The position numbers and the translations under genes were made by a program. DNA of 64,000 bases. Source: Agathobacter sp. GTDB lineage: Bacteria; Bacillota; Clostridia; Lachnospirales; Lachnospiraceae. This document shows, piece by piece, positions 18,012 to 27,051 of the stretch (its first letter is position 1; the number at the start of each line of letters is the position of its first letter). Where the stretch lies: the NCBI GenBank assembly GCA_045530745.1, contig JAZSCQ010000048.1:49503-113502 (forward strand). The letters run 5' to 3'. A model generated the notes under the pieces. The model was not told the DNA's origin. It saw nothing but the letters and a program-made list of their open reading frames with translations, and searched no databases.

Positions 18012-18527
18012 TCATAATGTTTCTATCCATTCTTCAATTGCGGACATCGCCTCCTGTACCTGTGAACCTTTAATGGATAATCCTGGTTTTCTATTTGCAG
18101 TTGGAATGAGTGCATCCATATCTTTTTCTGAATTCGCAAGTCCACTTCCTTCATTTGTACAGAATGGACATACCACTTTCCCAGTAAAATCATGATTTTC
18201 TAAGAATGTCCATACCGCCTTTGGCATAGTACCACACCAGTTTGGATATCCCACAAAAATCGTATCATATCCACTGATGTCGATATCCTCTTTTAATTCT
18301 GGTCTGGCATCTGTAACCATGTCGTTTTTTGCCTGCTCTACACATTCTTTATAGACATCTGAGTACTCCACTACAGTCTTAATTTCAAATAAATCAGCAC
18401 CACTCACTTTTGCAATCATCTCTGCAGCAATATGTGTATTTCCTTTTTCAATACGACGAAGTCCGCCTGGGAAAAAATTCTCTCCTGTGTGTGAGAAAAA
18501 TACTACTAATCCTTTTTTATTTTTCAT
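18012..18527 (-). CDS. Flavodoxin (Flavodoxin_4 type)
   Basis: VVFFSHTGEN, GNT, GYPNWCGTMP, PFCTNEGSG. Confidence 0.88.
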   Translation of the reverse strand: MKNKKGLVVFFSHTGENFFPGGLRRIEKGNTHIAAEMIAKVSGADLFEIKTVVEYSDVYKECVEQAKNDMVTDARPELKEDIDISGYDTIFVGYPNWCGTMPKAVWTFLENHDFTGKVVCPFCTNEGSGLANSEKDMDALIPTANRKPGLSIKGSQVQEAMSAIEEWIETL

Positions 18528-18545
18528 TTGTATATCCTCCCTAAA

Positions 18546-19154
18546 TTATTCCTCATCTGGCTGCTGTCCATCGTGTGCCAGCCATTTACACTCGCCTAAT
18601 TCCATATTAGTAAATGTAGCCTTAAAAGAAGAAGCCTCTGGGCTGCATGCATAGATACCAAACTGAATACTACCTCCACCATTCCACATATGGCATACAC
18701 GCATCTGCTTAAATGTCACACCATCATCCGAACATTCGATACAGTAGTCATCCTCTCTTCTACTGAGTCGATACCACATCGATTTCACAGAAGCATCGAT
18801 TTCTGTCGTTGCCCAATCGGAATACCCATTATTCGTTACTACACTTCCTAAATGCTGGAAGATCTCATTTTCGTATTCGATAGAACCTTTCAGCCAGTTG
18901 TCACTGTCAAGGTACATTACAATTCCGCACTGGTCAAATCTATGCTTGCTTTCAAATTCTGTTTTTACAGTAAATGAAAAATATTTTTCCTCTGTCTCCA
19001 TTTGCAATACAGGAGCATTATCATTTCTGAAATGATAATAAGTTCTTTGCCACAAATCAGTATGTGGGTTTGTGGTAATTTCAATACACTCTTCTGAAAT
19101 TACATAATCTGCTGGTTCCCTTGTCCATTTTAATTTACTAGTATCAAATCTCAT
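18546..19154 (-). CDS. DUF1349 family protein (ConA-like fold)
   Basis: TDLWQRTYYHF, FDQCG, SVVTNNGYSDW, GIYACSP. Confidence 0.82.
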   Translation of the reverse strand: MRFDTSKLKWTREPADYVISEECIEITTNPHTDLWQRTYYHFRNDNAPVLQMETEEKYFSFTVKTEFESKHRFDQCGIVMYLDSDNWLKGSIEYENEIFQHLGSVVTNNGYSDWATTEIDASVKSMWYRLSRREDDYCIECSDDGVTFKQMRVCHMWNGGGSIQFGIYACSPEASSFKATFTNMELGECKWLAHDGQQPDEE

Positions 19155-19166
19155 GTTTCTATCCTC

Positions 19167-19703
19167 TTAGTTTTCCTTTTGTATTTCTTCAAACAATTCC
19201 AAATAGGTCTTTTCCACTTCTTCAAATGGCAAAACCGTATAATCTGGATTTACTTCAAGCACTGATTTCTCGCCCCAATAAATCCCAAACAACTCTAACA
19301 TATCATAGTATAACACAGCATCATCCACTCTGCTTACCAGTTTCATTTCTTCTTCAGTCAAAGTACTTCCAATGAATCTCGTATAAATCAAATCAATCAG
19401 TTTTTCTTCTAATTTTACATATTCCGGAAGCACCTCTTTAAACGGACGAGGCACATCCGACATATACGCTTCACTGGCATCATGCAAGAGGCACCCTAAT
19501 ATCACTCTCTTTGAATACCCTCTCGCCATGGCCTCTCTGGCACACATAATACAATGCTGTCCCACGGAAAAGAACTGTTTTACATGTCCATTTCCACGAC
19601 AGGTCAACGACAATGCATGCGCAATATCTCGGATATCTAATGTTTCCATCTGTGGGTCCATCGGATTAAATTTATGTCCGGTATACGTCGTGATTGTTCC
19701 CAT
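19167..19703 (-). CDS. HD-domain phosphohydrolase (YfbR-like 5'-deoxynucleotidase)
   Basis: DIAHALS..CR..GH...FSVGQH...LLHDASEAY. RBS AAGGAG before ATG 19703. Confidence 0.85.
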   Translation of the reverse strand: MGTITTYTGHKFNPMDPQMETLDIRDIAHALSLTCRGNGHVKQFFSVGQHCIMCAREAMARGYSKRVILGCLLHDASEAYMSDVPRPFKEVLPEYVKLEEKLIDLIYTRFIGSTLTEEEMKLVSRVDDAVLYYDMLELFGIYWGEKSVLEVNPDYTVLPFEEVEKTYLELFEEIQKEN

Positions 19704-19753
19704 ATTCTCTCTCCTTGGCTTATTTCTCACAAATAAATGTTTTTCAATATTTT

Positions 19754-20149
19754 TTATCTGGAAAGCTCTCTTTTTAACTGCAAAATCTTATTTTCAATCT
19801 CCTGAATAATTATCTTGAATTCTTCATCTGATTTACCAGTAGGATCTTCCAATCCCCAGTTATCATCGAATGCTCTGCCAATAAATGGACAGCCTACATT
19901 ACAGCCCATAGAAATTGCCACATCTGGATCTGGAATATCCGAAATCAGTTTAGAATACTGAGTCTGTTCCATATCAATTCCATATAGTTCTTTCATGATA
20001 TGAACTGCATCCTGATTGATTTGTGGTTTTGTCTCTGTTCCAGCTGAATAGCTTTCAAAAACATCCGATGCCAAATGCTTGCCTAATGCCTCTGCTATCT
20101 GGCTACGACATGAATTATGTACACATATAAATGCTACTTTTTTCTTCAA
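19754..20149 (-). CDS. arsC: Arsenate reductase ArsC / LMW-PTP family
   Basis: CVHNSCRSQ P-loop, MGCNVGCP, WGLEDP. No other ars genes nearby, so substrate is uncertain. Confidence 0.7.
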   Translation of the reverse strand: MKKKVAFICVHNSCRSQIAEALGKHLASDVFESYSAGTETKPQINQDAVHIMKELYGIDMEQTQYSKLISDIPDPDVAISMGCNVGCPFIGRAFDDNWGLEDPTGKSDEEFKIIIQEIENKILQLKRELSR

Positions 20150-20219
20150 ATATATTCACCTCTCATCCGTACAACATCTTTGTTTTAAAACAACTCATCC
20201 AACCAGCCCCTCAAATCTT

Positions 20220-21272
20220 CTAATCTTTCTGCTCAAACTTATTTATAAATCTTTTTGCCTCATTCTTAATCCAAGTACGCTTATGATTTAAAAACGGTTT
20301 CATCAATTCGACATACTGTCCAGCTTGCATTTTGTACAAAGTATTAATAACATGTCCATCTACATCCTCATCTTGTAGAATGGTTACTATTTTATCTGCA
20401 TAACCTGCGTACTGCTTTCTTCCTAAAAGCAAGACAAAACTCTGTCTTCCCCTCTTTGCTCTTTTATCCAAACAAATATTGACAATTCTATCAAGTTGGC
20501 TTTTATCAAACTTTTTTTTATATTTTAAGGTAAGCTGTCTTATTTCCTCGCCAACGCCCCACAATTCATGTTCAAACATATACCAATCATGTACATCTGG
20601 CGCATCTTTCATATATGGTAAATCAGGTAATAGCTCCTCTGGAATTAGTGCCTCTGCCTTTTGTAATAAAGCCTCCAGCTCACGGTCGAACTCTTCACGA
20701 GTTCCGTTATCTAATAAATGTTTACTTGTTGCATTTTCATGGTATTTCGTTGTCATCATCTTCATAATTCGTGAACGATTAAACCTTTGCATGAACACAA
20801 ACAGCAAATCAAAACCTGCACTTATTATTGAAGTAATAAAAAACACTTCAAATGCTCCAACCCATAAAGATGTTAAGATTGGAACAAAACTTAAAATTAC
20901 ATTTAATTCATGTACCAGTTCCGATTGGCATGTCGCCTGAACAATCTCATCCCATGTATGTTTTGATACATCAAAAGTATCTTCACTATAGGTTGGCATT
21001 TTATTTTTCCATTTTTTTACTTTGATGGCTTGATAAAATTTCAATTCCATATCAGATATATAAAACCACTTTTGGGTATAATCAGCCTGATTCCTCATAA
21101 AAAAATTTATTAGTCCACCAGCTAACAGTCGAATGACAAAATGATACATTATTGTTCCAAAAGTAATCATCAGTGAAAACACTATGTCATTACTTATAAC
21201 TTGATATAGCAACGCAAATGTGATTGTCATAATTAAACTGATAACTGAAATAAATTGCATTATCTTAGCCAT
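20220..21272 (-). CDS. Two-domain protein: CrtO-like membrane acyltransferase domain + HEAT-like helical domain
   Basis: N-half KVKKWKNKMP...CQSELVH...MQRFNRSR resembles the glycosyl-4,4'-diaponeurosporenoate acyltransferase family. C-half is soluble and helical. Confidence 0.5.
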   Translation of the reverse strand: MAKIMQFISVISLIMTITFALLYQVISNDIVFSLMITFGTIMYHFVIRLLAGGLINFFMRNQADYTQKWFYISDMELKFYQAIKVKKWKNKMPTYSEDTFDVSKHTWDEIVQATCQSELVHELNVILSFVPILTSLWVGAFEVFFITSIISAGFDLLFVFMQRFNRSRIMKMMTTKYHENATSKHLLDNGTREEFDRELEALLQKAEALIPEELLPDLPYMKDAPDVHDWYMFEHELWGVGEEIRQLTLKYKKKFDKSQLDRIVNICLDKRAKRGRQSFVLLLGRKQYAGYADKIVTILQDEDVDGHVINTLYKMQAGQYVELMKPFLNHKRTWIKNEAKRFINKFEQKD

Positions 21273-21380
21273 AATACCCCTCAATTAATCCAAATTAAAG
21301 TTTCTTCCATTATATCATCATTTCCACACAAAAACAAAAGACTTATACCACTTCTGATATAAGCCTCATATTTTCATATA

Positions 21381-22412
21381 TTACATCATTTCCACCAAAC
21401 GCTGTTTTTCTCTCAAAATAACATTTACTGGTTCTCCCTCAGTAAAGTTCCATTCCTCAGCCAGATTTTGCAAAATGCGATCATAGGTTTTTACTGCTTC
21501 TGCGTATTTTCCTTGAATTTCATAAATGAGAGCGATTCCATGTAAAGGATCATAGAATCTTGGTTTCTCACCTAACTCATAACTCCTTTCATAATACTGA
21601 ATTGCAGCCGCATAGTCACACTGGCTAGCATAATAATCAGCCACTGCAAATAGTGCTCCCTCATCTTCAGCATATTCTTCTTTTAATTCCCCTATTTTCT
21701 GTTCTGCAAGTGCGACATCGTGCTCTGTAATCGCAATCAAAGCTTCATAATAAGGAACTAAAAATTCTTTATGTCCTTCTAACGTACGGTAGCTTTGTAG
21801 ATATTTCTTGGCTTCTTTCGTACGGTTGTCTCCGAGCAAGTTATCCATTAAGTATAAATAGTTTCTAGCAATTTGTGGGTAATTTTCCACTTGTTCCTTG
21901 AAAAAACGAATCGTCTTTAGATGATTTGCGAAATTCCAATCTGCGACAACAGCACCTTCTGCTTTATCAAGCAACCACTGGCAATCCTTCACTTCTGGTT
22001 TCTCTCTCATTGATTTTTTTGCATACTCTGCCACCTTATCGCAATCACTTACTACTCGATGATGATATACATGGGCAATCATACCATAGATTTTTCCTTT
22101 GTCTTCATGCACTTCTAGCTGCTCTTTCAAAAAATCTATCGTTTCTACAAATGTATTATAAGGTAATTCATATTCCATATCCAACATGTTTTCAATGCGT
22201 TTTATCTTTTGTGAACTTGTCAAATCAAATAATTCATCTATTGTAACACCAAAAAACACGGATAACTTGGGAAGCATTGCAATATCAGGTGCACATACAT
22301 TATTTTCCCATTTTGAAATAGTCTGAAAGCTCACATTTAATTCATCTGCAAGTTTCTCCTGTGTAAGTCCAGCTTTTAAACGAAGGGATTTGATTTTATT
22401 TCCTAATTCCAT
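21381..22412 (-). CDS. XRE HTH + TPR-repeat transcriptional regulator
   Basis: LTQEKLADELNVSFQTISKWENN HTH, C-terminal TPRs (AAAIQYYERSYEL, YAEAVKTYDR). Confidence 0.85.
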   Translation of the reverse strand: MELGNKIKSLRLKAGLTQEKLADELNVSFQTISKWENNVCAPDIAMLPKLSVFFGVTIDELFDLTSSQKIKRIENMLDMEYELPYNTFVETIDFLKEQLEVHEDKGKIYGMIAHVYHHRVVSDCDKVAEYAKKSMREKPEVKDCQWLLDKAEGAVVADWNFANHLKTIRFFKEQVENYPQIARNYLYLMDNLLGDNRTKEAKKYLQSYRTLEGHKEFLVPYYEALIAITEHDVALAEQKIGELKEEYAEDEGALFAVADYYASQCDYAAAIQYYERSYELGEKPRFYDPLHGIALIYEIQGKYAEAVKTYDRILQNLAEEWNFTEGEPVNVILREKQRLVEMM

Positions 22413-22439
22413 TTTTGTTACCTCTTTTTACAATTCTAT

Positions 22440-22455
22440 TTTGTAAGCTTACAAA
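22440..22455. promoter_or_regulatory. Perfect 16-bp palindrome upstream of the HTH-TPR gene (candidate operator)
   Basis: TTTGTAAGCTTACAAA, ~28 bp upstream of the ATG. Confidence 0.45.
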
Positions 22456-22631
22456 TAGATTATATAAAGGGGAAATTTAAAATACAATGACTTAATAAGG
22501 GAATCCTTTCACGCAAACAGCGAAATTTTTGACATAATTCACCTGATTATGCATATAAAATTAGGTCTTATAACGAGAACTGTAATCTACCAGACACATA
22601 CGTGGATAAGGACTCATAGTATTTGAACTAC

Positions 22632-22663
22632 AAAAAAGGGACCTCGTTTTCACGAAGTCCCTT
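22632..22663 (-). terminator. rpsU terminator
   Basis: AAGGGAC..GTCCCTT stem with 6 A on plus (U-tract on minus). Confidence 0.75.
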
Positions 22664-22686
22664 GAACTTTTGTTTAGATTCAAAAA

Positions 22687-22863
22687 TTAGTTAAATTTTC
22701 TCTTTCTAGCTGCTTCAGATTTCTTTTTACGCTTTACTGATGGTTTTTCGTAATGTTCACGTTTACGAATCTCCTGCTGGATACCTGCTTTTGCACAGTT
22801 TCTTTTAAATCTACGTAATGCGCTATCTAAAGTTTCGTTTTCTTTAACTACTACGCTTGACAT
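22687..22863 (-). CDS. rpsU: 30S ribosomal protein S21
   Basis: Below the ORF-track cutoff. [58 protein letters not shown], strong GGAGG RBS. Confidence 0.97.
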   Translation of the reverse strand: MSSVVVKENETLDSALRRFKRNCAKAGIQQEIRKREHYEKPSVKRKKKSEAARKRKFN

Positions 22864-22929
22864 CTAACCTAACCTCCCTCCAGTTGTGGATTCAACTGTA
22901 AGGCAATAATAATTGCACTAACGTTATAT

Positions 22930-22957
22930 ATTTTAGCAAGATTTTCTATTTTGTCAA
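22930..22957 (-). promoter_or_regulatory. Sigma-A promoter of rpsU
   Basis: TTGACA-16-TAAAAT with TGn extension. Confidence 0.6.
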
Positions 22958-22969
22958 GCACTTTATCAA

Positions 22970-23050
22970 GATTTCCTCGATATATTTAGTTAGAACGGCT
23001 CCACGTTTCACTTAACGTCGCCTTTTCTAACAAATATATCCTCGGAAATC
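22970..23050. repeat. 81-nt imperfect inverted repeat between alaS and rpsU
   Basis: GATTTCC..GATATATTT.GTTAGAA.GGC..ACGTT / AACGT.GCC..TTCTAAC AAATATATC...GGAAATC. Confidence 0.7.
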
Positions 23051-23102
23051 CATAAATACATTGAAAAATAAAATGCTAAAATATATTCTATATGTTTTTA
23101 CC

Positions 23103-25763
23103 TTACTTAATCATTCCTTCAAGAGCAACTGCTACTTCTGCGATTGCATCTGGGATGCCAGCTGGGTTTTTGCCACCGGCCTGAGCCATGTTTGGACGAC
23201 CACCGCCGCCACCGCCAACTTTGCCTGCGATTGCTTTGATAAGATTACCAGCATGTGCTCCTGCTTTCTGAGCTTCGTCTGTTGCCATAGCGATAAGGTT
23301 AACTTTGCCATCGCAAGAAGAAGCGATAACTACGACACCTTCGCCAAGCTTTTCTTTGAGCTGGTCGCCAAGGTCACGAAGTCCGTTCATGTCTACACCA
23401 TCTACAGATGTAGCGAGAACTTTCACACCCTTAATCTCTTTTACCAGATCCATTACATCGCCAAGTGCATCTTTTGCAGCTTTGCTCTTTAAAGATTCAT
23501 TTTCAGATGAAAGTGCTTTTACTTCTGCCATAAGGCTTTCTAATCTTTCAATCAGGTTAGCTGGAGTAGATTTTACTACTTTTGCTGCTGCATTTAATTT
23601 TTCTTCCATTTCTTTGTAGTAAGCAAATACGTTGCTGCCTGTGAGGGCTTCGATACGACGTACACCTGCTGCTACACCACTTTCAGAGATAATCTTGAAT
23701 GCTGTGATTTCAGCTGTGTTAGATACATGTGTACCACCACAAAGTTCTTTTGAGAAGTCTCCCATGCTAACTACGCGAACAGATTCGCCGTATTTTTCTC
23801 CGAAGAGGGCCATTGCACCGCTGTTCTTAGCTTCGTCAGCTGACATAACTTCTGTAATAACTGGTGTAGAAAGAGCAATCTGTTCATTTACAATAGCTTC
23901 TACTTTGGCGATTTCTTCTGCTGTCATTGCTGAGAAATGAGAGAAGTCGAAACGAGTTCTGTCGCCGTCCTGGTAAGAACCAGCCTGTTCTACGTGAGAG
24001 CCGAGCACTTCACGAAGTGCTTTCTGAAGTAAGTGTGTTGCAGAATGGTTACGACAGGTTTTTGCACGTAATTCTTTATCTACTACGAGTTCTACTTCTT
24101 CTCCGTTGGAAATCATACCAGAAACCATCTGTCCGATATGTCCTACTTTACCACCAAGTAATTTCACTGTATCTACTACTTTAAATTCACCGTTTGCTGT
24201 ACGGATGATACCCTTGTCACCCTGCTGACCACCCATAGTTGCATAGAATGGAGTTTCGTCAACGATGATTGTTCCGTTGTCGCCTTCTGCTAAAGCTTCT
24301 ACAACTGCTGTTTCTGTTGTAAGGGCAGAAACCTTTGATGTATGTGTAAGTCTATCGTATCCTACGAATTCAGATGTGATAGATGGGTCAAGTTCTTCGT
24401 AAACTGTAGCGTCTGCACCCATATAGTTGGTTACTTTACGAGCGTTACGAGCTTTGGTTCTCTGTTCTTCCATGCAAGCCTTGAAGCCAGCTTCATCATA
24501 TGTAAAGCCATCTTCTGCAAGGATTTCGCCTGTTAAGTCTACTGGGAATCCATAAGTATCGTAGAGCTTGAATGTGTTTTCTCCAGATAAAACAGTCTTT
24601 CCTTCTGCTTTTGTTTCTTCCATCATTTTGCTAAGGATAGCAAGCCCCTGGTCGATTGTTTTATTAAACTGTTCTTCTTCCTGTGTAAGAACTTTGAAGA
24701 TAAAGGCTTTCTTATCTTCTAATTCCTGATAACCGTCTTTGCTTTCTGCGATTACAGTTTCAGAAAGACGAGCAAGGAATGTTCCGTCGATACCAAGCAT
24801 ACGTCCGTGACGAGCTGCACGACGAATGAGACGACGAAGTACATATCCACGACCTTCGTTAGAAGGCATTACACCGTCTGATACAAGGAATGTTGAAGAA
24901 CGGATGTGGTCTGTGATAAGACGAATAGAGATATCGTCATTTTCGTTTGTCTGGTATGTTTTACCTGACATTTCACAGATTTTGTCACGAATTGCTTTCA
25001 TTGTATCAATATCAAATACAGAGTCTACATCCTGCATAACTGTTGCAAGTCGCTCTAAGCCCATACCTGTATCGATGTTTTTCTGAGCGAGCTCTACGTA
25101 ATTGCCTTTGCCATCACCTTCGAACTGTGTAAATACGTTGTTCCATACTTCCATGAAACGATCACATTCACAGCCTACTTTACAGTCAGGGCTGCCACAA
25201 CCATATTTTTCGCCTCTATCATAATAGATTTCTGAACATGGACCACATGGACCAGCGCCGTGTTCCCAGAAGTTGTCACATGCACCTGTTTCAGGGTCAC
25301 GATAGAAACGTGTAATCTTTTCTGCTGGAACGCCTACTTTCTTGGTCCAGATTTCAAATGCTTCATCATCTTCACCGTAGATAGATGGGTAAAGACGGTC
25401 TTCTTCTAAGCCAAGGTTCTTTGTTAAGAATTCCCATGACCATTCGATAGCTTCTTCTTTAAAGTAATCACCAAATGAGAAGTTACCAAGCATTTCGAAG
25501 AATGTAAGGTGACGTGCTGTCTTACCTACATTGTCGATATCACCTGTACGGACACATTTCTGGCAGGTTGTCACACGGTTACGTGGTGGGATTTCCTGTC
25601 CTGTGAAGTATGGTTTTAAAGGAGCCATACCAGCATTGATAAGTAATAAGCTGTTATCATTGTGTGGAACAAGTGAAAAGCTCTTCATTGCTAAATGATC
25701 TTTGCTCTCAAAAAACTCAAGATACATTCTACGTAATTCATTTACGCCTAAACTCTTTTTCAT
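23103..25763 (-). CDS. alaS: Alanine--tRNA ligase
   Basis: NAGMAPLKP, RHLTFFEMLGNFSFGDYFK, DTGMGLER, NHSATHLL, ELCGGTH, GGGGGRP. RBS GGAGGA before ATG 25763. Confidence 0.98.
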   Translation of the reverse strand: MKKSLGVNELRRMYLEFFESKDHLAMKSFSLVPHNDNSLLLINAGMAPLKPYFTGQEIPPRNRVTTCQKCVRTGDIDNVGKTARHLTFFEMLGNFSFGDYFKEEAIEWSWEFLTKNLGLEEDRLYPSIYGEDDEAFEIWTKKVGVPAEKITRFYRDPETGACDNFWEHGAGPCGPCSEIYYDRGEKYGCGSPDCKVGCECDRFMEVWNNVFTQFEGDGKGNYVELAQKNIDTGMGLERLATVMQDVDSVFDIDTMKAIRDKICEMSGKTYQTNENDDISIRLITDHIRSSTFLVSDGVMPSNEGRGYVLRRLIRRAARHGRMLGIDGTFLARLSETVIAESKDGYQELEDKKAFIFKVLTQEEEQFNKTIDQGLAILSKMMEETKAEGKTVLSGENTFKLYDTYGFPVDLTGEILAEDGFTYDEAGFKACMEEQRTKARNARKVTNYMGADATVYEELDPSITSEFVGYDRLTHTSKVSALTTETAVVEALAEGDNGTIIVDETPFYATMGGQQGDKGIIRTANGEFKVVDTVKLLGGKVGHIGQMVSGMISNGEEVELVVDKELRAKTCRNHSATHLLQKALREVLGSHVEQAGSYQDGDRTRFDFSHFSAMTAEEIAKVEAIVNEQIALSTPVITEVMSADEAKNSGAMALFGEKYGESVRVVSMGDFSKELCGGTHVSNTAEITAFKIISESGVAAGVRRIEALTGSNVFAYYKEMEEKLNAAAKVVKSTPANLIERLESLMAEVKALSSENESLKSKAAKDALGDVMDLVKEIKGVKVLATSVDGVDMNGLRDLGDQLKEKLGEGVVVIASSCDGKVNLIAMATDEAQKAGAHAGNLIKAIAGKVGGGGGGRPNMAQAGGKNPAGIPDAIAEVAVALEGMIK

Positions 25764-25804
25764 TTCTATTTCCTCCATTTTGTAATGTGTTGTAAACATA
25801 GCTT

Positions 25805-25827
25805 TAGCCATGTCATGGACATGGCTA
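25805..25827. repeat. 10-bp-arm hairpin in alaS leader
   Basis: TAGCCATGTC-ATG-GACATGGCTA. Confidence 0.6.
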
Positions 25828-25838
25828 GATTTTATACT

Positions 25839-25998
25839 AACAGTTCAGCCATGACAAATGTTACAGACACACCATGCTCGCATGAATGTGTCTGTAACAT
25901 TTGTCATGAACTGAGCGCCCGATTATGAGCAAAATTAGCTGCAACGCAGCGAGAAAGCATCGTAGATGCGATTTTGCGAATGGCGCGTCTGAACTGTT
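25839..25998. mobile_element. MITE/REP-like structured element (~160 bp)
   Basis: 10-bp terminal inverted repeats AACAGTTCAG/CTGAACTGTT flanked by ACT on both sides, an internal perfect 22-bp hairpin and a multi-stem domain. Confidence 0.55.
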
Positions 25999-26140
25999 AC
26001 TCTTCAGTTGTGGCGGCGGCTTTTTTTGCATCAGAATTTTTGCGCATCTTAATTCCAATAAATGCACCTAATCCTGCTACTGCTGCATAAAACAATGCTT
26101 TGATTAAATATTCTCCGATACACATAAGAAATTCCATCAT
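25997..26140 (-). CDS. 47-aa single-TM small protein
   Basis: GGAGG RBS. MMEFLMCIGEYLIKALFYAAVAGLGAFIGIKMRKNSDAKKAAATTEE*, a hydrophobic helix then basic tail. Confidence 0.7.
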   Translation of the reverse strand: MMEFLMCIGEYLIKALFYAAVAGLGAFIGIKMRKNSDAKKAAATTEE

Positions 26141-26261
26141 ACTTGTTACCTCCGTCTTATCTTGTAATTATAAATCATTCTTTCCCATATTTCAACGGCT
26201 TTTGCCCTATATTTAGGATATTTTTTTCATTTTCACCCATATATGGAATAAGTTTTACCTA

Positions 26262-27017
26262 TTATTGTTCAGCAATTAGAAACACCTGATTCTCTCTTTC
26301 AATGTCCATCACACGGTCTGCCATGCCGATATTGGAGATTTTACCCTTATATCCAGCAATCGGTGAGTAATCCTGCCACATGTGCATTGGGAATACCAGC
26401 TCTGCTTCGGTTTCTTTCATAAAGAAATCAAATCCACTGTACATATACTTGCCCTGACGTGGGTCCATTGGCACAAAGGCAACATTAATTGGTAAGCCTG
26501 CCAGCTGACGAATCTGGAACTTGTAATTTCGCGTTTGTACCCCATTGGTTAACTCTCCAATACCATCCCAAATCCATTCATTCAAGTCTCCCGCATGATA
26601 CATAGCCACACCATTACTCTCCACATAGTATGCCACACCCGCATCAGTAGAACGTAGTGTCTTGATATTCAAATCATCTACTTTATATTTTTTCTCCGGT
26701 GCAACAAAGGTCACTTTTTCTCGTACCTTTGGATCAATGCCATGCTTTTTCAAAAAGTTTGGACTGATTTTGATATCCTTGGATAAAATATATTTGATAT
26801 TTGGATACTTTTCTGCCATACGAAGAATATCCATATCATAATGGTCCTTATGGCTATGACTGGCAAACATATATATCTTGGTATCTGGCTCGTACTCAGG
26901 AATCTTGCCTGTAAAGGTAAAACCGTTTACCTTGTCTCCATCAAAATAGTCAAAAATTAAAACCTTATCATCTACTTCCACCAGGAAGCTACTGTGATGT
27001 AAAAATGTAATCTGCAT
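26262..27017 (-). CDS. MBL-fold metallo-hydrolase
   Basis: SHSHKDHY, YHAGDLN, PMH. Confidence 0.88.
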   Translation of the reverse strand: MQITFLHHSSFLVEVDDKVLIFDYFDGDKVNGFTFTGKIPEYEPDTKIYMFASHSHKDHYDMDILRMAEKYPNIKYILSKDIKISPNFLKKHGIDPKVREKVTFVAPEKKYKVDDLNIKTLRSTDAGVAYYVESNGVAMYHAGDLNEWIWDGIGELTNGVQTRNYKFQIRQLAGLPINVAFVPMDPRQGKYMYSGFDFFMKETEAELVFPMHMWQDYSPIAGYKGKISNIGMADRVMDIERENQVFLIAEQ

Positions 27018-27051
27018 CTTCTGTAAACCTCACAAATCTATACTCTATTCT

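Noticed and set aside
19754-20149. Arsenic resistance operon
   Set aside because: Only a lone ArsC-like gene; no arsR, arsB or acr3 in the window.
13939-22412. Integron-like cassette array of small co-oriented genes
   Set aside because: No integrase and no repeated attC-like sites between genes; several genes have their own promoters.
22565-22615. Purine-riboswitch-like words (TATAA...TCTACC) and an 18-codon minus-strand ORF as possible signalling peptide
   Set aside because: P2/P3 stems and spacing do not fit, no downstream gene on that strand; the ORF has no RBS or signal-peptide character.
25836-26001. Element as tRNA or attC site
   Set aside because: No T-loop/anticodon geometry or CCA; ends do not fit RYYYAAC/GTTRRRY well.
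25861-26067. 68-aa minus-strand ORF in the track
   Set aside because: Runs through the palindromic element, has no RBS and overlaps the better-supported 47-aa gene in another frame.
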